Positions 10,332 through 17,915 of a stretch of DNA of 64,000 nt are shown here, in pieces. The DNA lies in the NCBI GenBank assembly GCA_965201035.1, contig OZ241750.1, forward strand, positions 579,837-643,836. Reading direction: 5' to 3'. The position numbers and the translations under genes are program-made. Source of the DNA: an uncultured Pseudohongiella sp. GTDB lineage: Bacteria; Pseudomonadota; Gammaproteobacteria; Pseudomonadales; Pseudohongiellaceae. How positions within the stretch are numbered: position 1 is the stretch's first letter; each line of letters starts with the position of its first letter. A model generated the notes under the pieces. The model did no database searches and was not told the origin of the DNA. It saw nothing but the letters and a program-made list of their open reading frames with translations.

Positions 10332-11504
10332 ATGAAGATACCTACCGATTACGAAGACGGCTATGCGAAAGCACGGGTTTTGGATCCGGGTCTCGCCAAG
10401 TCCTATATTGAAAGTGTGCTTGTAGGCGACCCTTTAGCCGACAAAGCGATGCAGCAGTTGCAGGAATTCGACCAAGAGAAAGCCAGCAGACTAATCAATT
10501 CCTGCATGGAACAAGACGATAGAGGCATGAAGGATGCGCCAAGTGGATTAATAGAGCTTTTTCAAGCGCTCGACAATCCGCCTTTTAGATTTTGTCCAGA
10601 TCGAGCACTGCCGGGATGTCGGGCGTTTCACAAGTATTCCGATATGTTTTTTGTTGGACTTGTGCTGAATTCACTTGTAACCGGCTTGACCGAGGGTTTA
10701 AGTAAGTCATTTCATATTACGGGAAGAACTGCTGGCAATTTGCGACGAGTTAAACAGAACACCCGGCATGTCGTGGAAATTACCTTGCCCGGCGGCCTCG
10801 ACAGAGAAGGCGAAGGATGGAAGCTATCAGTGCGTATTCGGTTGATTCATGCGAAGCTTCGAATCTTGCTTATGTCCTCAAATGATTGGGATGTTGTGGC
10901 TGAGGGAGTTCCCATTCATATGGGCCATCTCGCCCTCGCAACTACCGGTTTTTCAGCGATCAATTTACAGGCCGCACGAATGCTAGGAGTGCCTTTAGCT
11001 AAGGAAGAAAGCGAGGGCTTCATGCATATCTGGCATTACGTGGCGTGGTTGATGGGCCTGCCAGAGGATCTATTAAAGTACTTCCAAAGCGAAAGCGACG
11101 CGATGCACATTCGGAAAATTGCGTATGCATGCGAAATACCCCCCGGAGAGAGAGCTACCGAAGTGGCTCATGGCTATCTCAATACTGTCCCACAGATATT
11201 AGGCATTACCGATGAGGCTAAACAGAAAAAATTAATGCTCGCTCTCTTCCGGGTGGCTCGGGCATTGATGGGCCATGACCTGGCAGACACTCTTAAGCTA
11301 CCCAAGCAGTCCACATTTGGTGCCTTGGGCCTCGTTCGGCTGCAGCGGCAATTAAAGATTTTGGTGTCAAAATTCATGCCCAAGCATAAATCTTTCGCCG
11401 TGGAGAACTTTGCCGGCTTGCTGCAAAGATGTGTGTACGATGATATGGGGATTAGCTATCGCATGCCTGATGCCTTAAAAGATTCTCATTCATCGCCTTG
11501 GTAA
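10332..11504 (+). CDS. putative DUF2236/MpaB-Lcp family haem oxygenase, paralogue 1 (family assignment is from motif memory, not a search)
   Basis: 390 aa with no signal peptide and GAGG 8 nt upstream of the ATG. Motifs: GDPLAD, RRVKQN, then 34 residues to IHAKLR, then EESEGFMHIWHYVAWLMGLP. Collinear with the next two ORFs. Confidence 0.55.
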   Translation: MKIPTDYEDGYAKARVLDPGLAKSYIESVLVGDPLADKAMQQLQEFDQEKASRLINSCMEQDDRGMKDAPSGLIELFQALDNPPFRFCPDRALPGCRAFHKYSDMFFVGLVLNSLVTGLTEGLSKSFHITGRTAGNLRRVKQNTRHVVEITLPGGLDREGEGWKLSVRIRLIHAKLRILLMSSNDWDVVAEGVPIHMGHLALATTGFSAINLQAARMLGVPLAKEESEGFMHIWHYVAWLMGLPEDLLKYFQSESDAMHIRKIAYACEIPPGERATEVAHGYLNTVPQILGITDEAKQKKLMLALFRVARALMGHDLADTLKLPKQSTFGALGLVRLQRQLKILVSKFMPKHKSFAVENFAGLLQRCVYDDMGISYRMPDALKDSHSSPW

Positions 11505-11557
11505 GGCTTGGCCCATCGATTTCAGTTGATAAAAATGAGAAAATGACAGGAGCGAGA

Positions 11558-12724
11558 ATGAACATACCCACAAGCTACCAGCCAGGATATGAGCAAGCCC
11601 GCCTTATCGATGAGGAATTAGCAAAGACCTATATCGAGCACCTAGTCATAGGCGATCCATTGGCTGACGCTGCCGTGAAGTCCCTGGCCGGAGTCGACCA
11701 GCAAGAAAAACATCGGCTGATTAAAGCCTGCATGGAAGAGGACGAATCAGGTATGCGGGAGGCACCTGATGCGCTAAGAGAGCTATTTGATCAACTTTCC
11801 CGCTCTTCCATCGAATTTGATCGTGAAAAAGCCCTTCTAGGGTCTCGGATGTTCCATAAATTTCCGGGACTTTTCCAACTCGCGACCGCTTTGCATGGCG
11901 TTCTCATCAGCACTGAGGGGAGTGCCCAGTCCTTTTATATAACCGGAAGAATTACCTCCAACACTCGAAGACTAAGGCAAAATGGCCGCCATGTACTGGA
12001 AGTGACTTTACCAGGTAGTCTCGCGAGATGCGGAGAAGGTTGGAAGTTAACGGTTCGAATTAGAATCATCCACGCGGAAGTTCGGCGTTTGCTTATTGAA
12101 TCCGATGATTGGGATTTTAAAGCTGAAGGAACCCCTGTTAACTCAGCGCATATATCCTTGGGTGCAGTCGGACTTTCAGAGACGGTTATGTTTATCGCCC
12201 GCGAGCTTGGGGCGTCAATTTCTGAAGAAGAGAGCGATGGGTACATGGAGATTTGGAAATATGTGGGCTGGCTTATGGGTGTGCCCGACGTCTTCATGCC
12301 TTATCTGGAGAAGGAAGATTCTGCAAGGCATTTCAGAGAAGTCGCTCACACCTGTGATCGTCTCCCGGGCGAGAAGTCATCAGAATTAGTAAATGGAATC
12401 ATCAAAGCCGTGCCGGATGTGGCGGGGATTGACGACCCTTCAGAAAAAGAAAAAGTCACTTCCCTGATAAGTCGGGTTTCTCGGGTATTGTTAGGAGATC
12501 GAGCGCGAGGGATGAATTTCCCCAAACAGTCGACCTTTGGCGTTTTGCCGGCCCTTCGAATGCAACTGAAATTGAAGATGCTATCTTCCAAACTGCTTCC
12601 ATCGGGAAAGTCATTTGTGGCGGATGGCTTCGCCGAAGCATTGAAACAGTCCGTTTACGATGCTGCGGGTATCAGCTATCGTCTGCCAGATGCCGTGAAG
12701 GATGTCGATTCAAAGCCATGGTGA
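11558..12724 (+). CDS. putative DUF2236/MpaB-Lcp family haem oxygenase, paralogue 2
   Basis: ATG at 11558 is preceded by AGGAG. The ORF-track start at 11498 overlaps gene 1. 388 aa, with roughly half its positions identical to paralogue 1 by eye. It has the same RRLRQN...IHAEVR and EESDGYMEIWKYVGWLMGVP motifs. Confidence 0.55.
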   Translation: MNIPTSYQPGYEQARLIDEELAKTYIEHLVIGDPLADAAVKSLAGVDQQEKHRLIKACMEEDESGMREAPDALRELFDQLSRSSIEFDREKALLGSRMFHKFPGLFQLATALHGVLISTEGSAQSFYITGRITSNTRRLRQNGRHVLEVTLPGSLARCGEGWKLTVRIRIIHAEVRRLLIESDDWDFKAEGTPVNSAHISLGAVGLSETVMFIARELGASISEEESDGYMEIWKYVGWLMGVPDVFMPYLEKEDSARHFREVAHTCDRLPGEKSSELVNGIIKAVPDVAGIDDPSEKEKVTSLISRVSRVLLGDRARGMNFPKQSTFGVLPALRMQLKLKMLSSKLLPSGKSFVADGFAEALKQSVYDAAGISYRLPDAVKDVDSKPW

Positions 12725-12804
12725 TCAATATTCATCCACATTTGAGGTTTGGATATACTAAAAGTGTCGGTGACTCCGTGGTAGAGCGCTTTATCTAGTA
12801 TGTC

Positions 12805-13995
12805 ATGACATTCAGCATCCCAACCGCATATGTTCCCGGCTACGAGGCAGCGCGCCGCGTGGCCCCGGAGCTGGCTGAAACTTACATCCGCCACACCACC
12901 GTCGGAGATGTGATGGCGGATGCTGTCGTTGAACAATTGGCCGAATCAACCGAGCATCCAGGCCAAGACCATGAAATCATCAAGAAGGCGCTCGACAACT
13001 CTCACGACTTGCCCAAAGATACTCCCCAAGTGATGCGGGATTTCGTCGAATCGGCAAAAGTGCTGCCGGATTGGTACGAAAGGGAGTTGGCGATGGTTGC
13101 GAGCAGAGCATTTCTGCGAAACACGGACAAAGTTTTGACTGCTTTGGTGGCTGGGGCTATCGTCGAAGGCTTTTCCAGCATGATCAGCAAGTCCTTCTTC
13201 CTGCGCAGCCGGGTTACGTCGAATGGGGTTCGACGGCTTAAACAAAATCTGCTGCAGCTGGTTGACCAGTATCTGCCTGGAGGCATAGAGCCAGGCGGGG
13301 ACGGCTGGAAACTTACCCTCCGGGCCCGGCTGGTGCATGCGCAGTCAAGGCGGCTATTTGTGCAAAGCCCTGAATTATGGGACCAGTCGGTGTATGGAAT
13401 GCCCCTTAGCGCCGCGCATTTGCAGCTCAGCTCATCTTCTTTTTCGGGGAGGTTGATGCAGCATTGCGCCAAAGTTGGTGGCAACTTCACCGAGCTCGAA
13501 AAGGAGGCCTACGTCCATGTTTGGCGTTATACCGCCATGCTGTTCGGAGCTCCCGAAGCAATCGTGTTCCGTAACTATGCGGAGTCCAAACGGCTGTTCG
13601 AGATTGGAATGCTATGCGAGCCCGCCCCGGGAGACGAAGCGATCATCATGGCGAACAGTATTGTCAACAGCGCGCCGGTCGTGGTGGGAATCACCGACCC
13701 ACAAGAGCGGCAAAAAATCGCGAAGTATGTGTACCAAGTGTCCCGCGAGTTGATCGGCAATGACCGTGCGGACAAACTCAATTATCCACCGGGGAGGAAG
13801 TTGAGAAAAGAACTTATTGTTCTACGGATATTGAGCAGGGCCGAAGTAGTATTGAACAAACTTGTCCCTTGGTTTGATGCGCTTAGATCGCAGAACCGGT
13901 TCAACAACATGCTTGAGGTCACGTATCTCAATCGTGGCGAAATTTCCTACAAACTCCCGACTTCGGTATTGGACGAGTATTCGCGCGATTGGTAA
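12805..13995 (+). CDS. putative DUF2236/MpaB-Lcp family haem oxygenase, paralogue 3 (most diverged)
   Basis: 396 aa. It keeps the landmarks IPTAY.PGYEAAR, RRLKQN...GDGWKLTLRARLVHAQSR, EKEAYVHVWRYTAMLFGAP and a C-terminal ISYKLP...W. Confidence 0.5.
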   Translation: MTFSIPTAYVPGYEAARRVAPELAETYIRHTTVGDVMADAVVEQLAESTEHPGQDHEIIKKALDNSHDLPKDTPQVMRDFVESAKVLPDWYERELAMVASRAFLRNTDKVLTALVAGAIVEGFSSMISKSFFLRSRVTSNGVRRLKQNLLQLVDQYLPGGIEPGGDGWKLTLRARLVHAQSRRLFVQSPELWDQSVYGMPLSAAHLQLSSSSFSGRLMQHCAKVGGNFTELEKEAYVHVWRYTAMLFGAPEAIVFRNYAESKRLFEIGMLCEPAPGDEAIIMANSIVNSAPVVVGITDPQERQKIAKYVYQVSRELIGNDRADKLNYPPGRKLRKELIVLRILSRAEVVLNKLVPWFDALRSQNRFNNMLEVTYLNRGEISYKLPTSVLDEYSRDW

Positions 13996-14032
13996 ACGTG
14001 GTGGCCTATCGATTGATTAGCAGTCCAGCCTT

Positions 14033-16366
14033 TTAGAAATCGCCGAGGGCGCTGATTTGGCGCCGGCTGAGGCTGATATAGTCGGCCAGAATGCGGGCGC
14101 TTTCCGCCAAAAACAGATCTGGCTCTTCCTCATCCGCTGTTATTTGGGTGTCGCTTCCGGTGGATTCGGTGTCGGAATCCGCATCATCAGTAGTGGTCGC
14201 CGAGGCTGCTATTTCTGTCTCGGTCGAAGTGGACCGCTCGGTTGCCGCGGAATCCTCCACCGCTTCGACTTCGGCATCGACGGGGGATTCGACTTGGCTT
14301 GACGCGCCGGCTTCGTCCTCATCGTCCGCGATGATGTCGAGCAGAGGCAGACCTTTGAGGAAGCGGCGCATGTTTTCTGATTCGAGATTGCGGCGGCGAT
14401 CATTCTCCAACTGGGCGTTGAGGGTCGCTTCGTTGAGTGGCCAGAACTTCCGTTCCTGTTGCTCCCGGGCGAAAGCGATTTGCTCGTTGAGATGGATAAA
14501 GTCGGGCGAAACCGCGGCGCGTTGGCGGTGGCGGTCGGCGAGTTCGGGCAGAAATTCCGCAATGGGATGATAGGGTCGGTATTCCACCGGACGCACGGTA
14601 TCCCAGGGGAGGGCGCCGTCGAGGCTGCTTTCGCCGATATGAGCATAAGCGTCGTACGTATCGGGGAATGCGATATCGGGCATGATGCCGCGGTGCTGGG
14701 TGCTGGCGCCGGAAATACGGTAGAACTTAGAGCGCGTCAGCTTCGCTTGACCGAAATTCATCGGAATGATTTCCTGCACGGTACCTTTGCCAAAAGTCTG
14801 GCCGCCGAGCACCAGCCCGCGCCGGTAATCTTGGATGGCGCCGGCGAAAATTTCCGACGCCGAGGCGCTGTTGCGGTTGACCAAAACCGCCATTGGGCCT
14901 TCCCAAGTCACGCCGCTGTCGTTGTCGCCGAATGAGCGGGTATAGCCGTTGCCGAGACCGGAATAACGCACCTGCACCGTGGCACCGGTCTCGATGAACA
15001 GCCCCACCAATTGATTGGCTTCGCCGAGGCTGCCGCCGCCGTTGTTGCGCAGATCGACGACCACGGCATCAACATTGTCTTGCTTGAGTTCTTCAAGCAG
15101 ATTGCGGACATCCCAGGTGGAACTCTTGAAGTCCCGCTCGCCCCGGTTGGCCGCTTCGAAATCGAAATAGAAGGTCGGCAAATGAATGATGCCGACCTTG
15201 AGATCGCGGTCATTATCGCGGGGCAGCTCGATAATCTCCGAGCGAGCGGATTGATCTTCCAAGCGCACCGTATCGCGGGTGATGCTGACCACGGTGGCGC
15301 CGGTTTCGCTCAGCGCGTTGGCCGGGATCACGTTGAGGCGGACCACGGTGCCTTTTTCACCGCGGATCTGGGCCACCACATCGTCGATTCTCATGCCGAC
15401 CACATCTTGGATCTCGCCGTCTGGCCCTTGACCGATGCCGATGATGCGGTCGCCGGCGGAAAGTTGATTGCTGAGTTCGGCGGGCCCGCCCTTGACCAGC
15501 TCGACAATGGTCGTGTACTCGTCTTCCCGGGTTAGCCGAGCCCCGATTCCCTCAAGCGAAAGCGAGAGCCCCATATTGAAGGTCTCCGAATCCTGCGGCG
15601 AGAAATAGGCGGTGTGGGGATCGGAAACACCGGCGACGGTGGTGAGGAAAGCCTGGAAAGCATCCTTTGAATTGGTCTGCAACATACGGTTGAGGCGACC
15701 GCGGTAGCGGTCGGACAGCTTTTCGCGGATTTCCTCGTCGCTGTCGCCAGGCAATTTCAGATTCAAAACGCTGTTCTTGACGCGGAGCCGCCAAATTTCA
15801 TCGAGTTCGGCGGTGTTGGCCGCATAGGGGCTGTCTTCGCGGTTGATTTCGATAAACTCATCCACAGTGAAGTCCATTTCCGGGATGTGCTTCTCCACCC
15901 GGTTGATGGCGTAAATCAACCGTTCCAACAAGCGTTTGTAGTACAAATTGTAGATTTCGTAGCCCGGTGCGAGGCTGCCTTCTCGCAAATGGTCGTCGAT
16001 GTTGTAACGCCAAGCGCTGAGCTGTTTGATATCGTCGCTTAGAAAATACAAATGCTCGCCGTCGAGGGCATCGATGAAATTATCGAATACGAGGGAGGAA
16101 AAATCATCATCGACCGCGATGGGCAAATAATGCTTGGATTGCAGAACATCGATCAGTTCAATCGCAGTCGTCCCATAAATCGGCTCGGGCGTTAGCGGCG
16201 CGTAGAGTTCATCAATATCCAGCACCGAAGTTTCCGCATCGTTCAGACCCGGATCGGTCGTGTCTCGCGCGGCGGCCTCGTTTTGGCCAAAGCAAAGACT
16301 GGCGAAGAGGGCGGACAATGAAAATGCCCCCAAACGACCGAAGTGGCGGAATCCGTGGTGGCCCAT
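14033..16366 (-). CDS. prc: tail-specific (carboxy-terminal processing) protease Prc, S41 family
   Basis: 777 aa with a signal peptide, a PDZ region, and the S41 catalytic blocks NRNSASASEIFAGA and GQTFGKGTVQ. There is an unusual 71-aa acidic S/T-rich tract near the C-terminus. Confidence 0.9.
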   Translation of the reverse strand: MGHHGFRHFGRLGAFSLSALFASLCFGQNEAAARDTTDPGLNDAETSVLDIDELYAPLTPEPIYGTTAIELIDVLQSKHYLPIAVDDDFSSLVFDNFIDALDGEHLYFLSDDIKQLSAWRYNIDDHLREGSLAPGYEIYNLYYKRLLERLIYAINRVEKHIPEMDFTVDEFIEINREDSPYAANTAELDEIWRLRVKNSVLNLKLPGDSDEEIREKLSDRYRGRLNRMLQTNSKDAFQAFLTTVAGVSDPHTAYFSPQDSETFNMGLSLSLEGIGARLTREDEYTTIVELVKGGPAELSNQLSAGDRIIGIGQGPDGEIQDVVGMRIDDVVAQIRGEKGTVVRLNVIPANALSETGATVVSITRDTVRLEDQSARSEIIELPRDNDRDLKVGIIHLPTFYFDFEAANRGERDFKSSTWDVRNLLEELKQDNVDAVVVDLRNNGGGSLGEANQLVGLFIETGATVQVRYSGLGNGYTRSFGDNDSGVTWEGPMAVLVNRNSASASEIFAGAIQDYRRGLVLGGQTFGKGTVQEIIPMNFGQAKLTRSKFYRISGASTQHRGIMPDIAFPDTYDAYAHIGESSLDGALPWDTVRPVEYRPYHPIAEFLPELADRHRQRAAVSPDFIHLNEQIAFAREQQERKFWPLNEATLNAQLENDRRRNLESENMRRFLKGLPLLDIIADDEDEAGASSQVESPVDAEVEAVEDSAATERSTSTETEIAASATTTDDADSDTESTGSDTQITADEEEPDLFLAESARILADYISLSRRQISALGDF

Positions 16367-16474
16367 GGGCGGAGCTCCTGATTGGCGGGGTGGCCGGGAA
16401 GTCTGTCGGCACCGAACTTCATCTGCCGCAAGCTTAACAGGTTGGTGGGCAAATCACACCGGGAAGAGGGCGCT

Positions 16475-17734
16475 TCAAGGCGCTATTCGCTTGTTTCTCC
16501 CTGAAGCGTGTCTTTCGGTGCGCTCAACATCAATATAGCGGTCCGTTATCGCGCTTGAGCCATGACCGGCATCGTCCCGCACGTGTTCCCGCGGACGGGA
16601 TTTCACATCTTCGGAGATTCCAGTGTGCCGCAGCCAATGCACAGTCGCGCCGGTTAGTCGATCGGCTTCGTCCGTGAAGCCCTCCGCGCGCATGCGTTCG
16701 GCGGCGCGGTCGAAACACTGTTGCACGATGCGGCGAATTTGCCGGGTGCTGGAGACGCCGCCGCCGCCGCGGTTCCTATGAATCAACGGGTTTGGCTCGC
16801 CGGGAGCGGGCAGGGGAGTCAGACCACGGAAGCGGCGATAACGTTTCAGCGCCGCCAGCATGGCGTCGCTTACCGAAATCTCCCGTTCCTTATTGCCTTT
16901 GCCGACGGTGAGAAACCACCAGTTGCCTTCTTGATCGAGCTGGAAATGTCCCATCTGTGGTTGCCAGCGGGACGTTTCCACCAGTTCCGAGATGCGCAGA
17001 TACATGGCGTACAGCGCATTCAAAACAAACAAAGTGCGCTCGTGGCCCGCCGGATCTTCCGCCGCCATTTGCGTTGCCGCTTCAATGACGAATTCCCATT
17101 GCAGGGGAGAAAGCCTGCGTATTTTCGCCTGGCTTTGGCGACCGCGCAGAAATTTGCTCTTCTGCCGCATTCTTGACACCGGATTGAACGCAAGGTGATT
17201 TTCCTGGATGAGGAAATTGAAAAAACTGCCGAGTACGCTGAACAGGGATTGCAGGGCCGCTTGGGAAAGTACGTGTTCTTTGCCCGCGCCGACATAGGGC
17301 CGCCAGGCCGGGTTTGGCGAGCGCAAGCCGTTTTTGAGCAAATACCGGGGGACATTGCGTGCGCCGACCCACGGCCTTGGCGGATTGCGGGCGAATTCGA
17401 CATAGGCTTCGCAGTCCTCCGGCGCAATCCGCCCGAGCGATTTCTTCCGCACCAACCAGCACCAGTGCAGGAAGTGTTCGATTTCCCGGCGGTAGGTGCT
17501 GAAGGTATCCGGACTGCCGCGGTAGCTATAGAGAAATTCGCTGGCGAGTTGATAATCTGCCACCGCATCGGCCGGCGAGTCATTGCGCAGATGGGAAACA
17601 TCTCGCACCGGCGACTTGTAGGGATTGGCCATTTCTTCGAGGGTGTCGAAGAATGGCAGCGGACTTTTTTTGAGCGAACTGTTGGCCTTCGTCGGCATCG
17701 GCGGCTGTGGGCTCCAAGGCGCGGTTACACCCAA
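16475..17734 (-). CDS. tyrosine-type site-specific recombinase/integrase (orphan; start uncertain)
   Basis: The C-terminal catalytic domain carries Arg in YLRISEL, H-x-x-R in HWLRHTG, and GHGSSAITDRYID (His/Tyr). The N-terminal core-binding-like region reads TFSTYRREIEHFLHWCW. Confidence 0.85.
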   Translation of the reverse strand: MGVTAPWSPQPPMPTKANSSLKKSPLPFFDTLEEMANPYKSPVRDVSHLRNDSPADAVADYQLASEFLYSYRGSPDTFSTYRREIEHFLHWCWLVRKKSLGRIAPEDCEAYVEFARNPPRPWVGARNVPRYLLKNGLRSPNPAWRPYVGAGKEHVLSQAALQSLFSVLGSFFNFLIQENHLAFNPVSRMRQKSKFLRGRQSQAKIRRLSPLQWEFVIEAATQMAAEDPAGHERTLFVLNALYAMYLRISELVETSRWQPQMGHFQLDQEGNWWFLTVGKGNKEREISVSDAMLAALKRYRRFRGLTPLPAPGEPNPLIHRNRGGGGVSSTRQIRRIVQQCFDRAAERMRAEGFTDEADRLTGATVHWLRHTGISEDVKSRPREHVRDDAGHGSSAITDRYIDVERTERHASGRNKRIAP

Positions 17735-17800
17735 TCACATCGGAACAATAGGGGCGGTACTTTAGCCCGGACATGCGCCGCCCGCTTGAATGATCTCATG

Positions 17801-17834
17801 CTAATGTCCGGTAATCTTTATTACCGGACATTAG
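17801..17834. repeat. perfect inverted repeat, 15-bp arms (CTAATGTCCGGTAAT / ATTACCGGACATTAG) around a 4-nt spacer CTTT
   Basis: Read directly from the sequence. It lies in the 181-nt gap between the recombinase start and the gor stop. Neither side has a T-run. Confidence 0.9.
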
Positions 17835-17915
17835 GGAATCAGAGAAAATTCAGGTTATTCAGTGATTTATGTCGTTCTTCGTCTGCTTGGCGTTGTCGTC
17901 GAGCCATGCAAACGA

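Larger units (their letters stand above)
10095..14032. other. compositionally atypical (low-GC) islet between tRNA-Lys and prc carrying only the three paralogous genes
   Basis: Hand counts of 60-nt lines give 73% G+C at 10021-10080, then 42% at 10081-10140. Sampled lines of genes 1-2 are about 45-48%, versus 65-68% in queC/tolB lines. Confidence 0.6.

Noticed and set aside
13996-14032. Search for an attR-like direct repeat of the tRNA-Lys 3' end (GGTTCGAATCCTATACGACCCACCA) at the right edge of the low-GC islet and at 17735-17915
   Set aside because: The only match is a 6-nt reverse-orientation match (GTGGTGG region at about 14000). No convincing direct repeat is visible by eye. A mismatch-tolerant computational search is still needed.
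14033-16366. Prc as a functional partner of the three paralogues (a protease reading their shared C-terminal Trp tail)
   Set aside because: Prc has a signal peptide and is periplasmic, while the paralogues lack export signals. prc has a host-like, higher G+C and is convergently transcribed. The adjacency is probably incidental.
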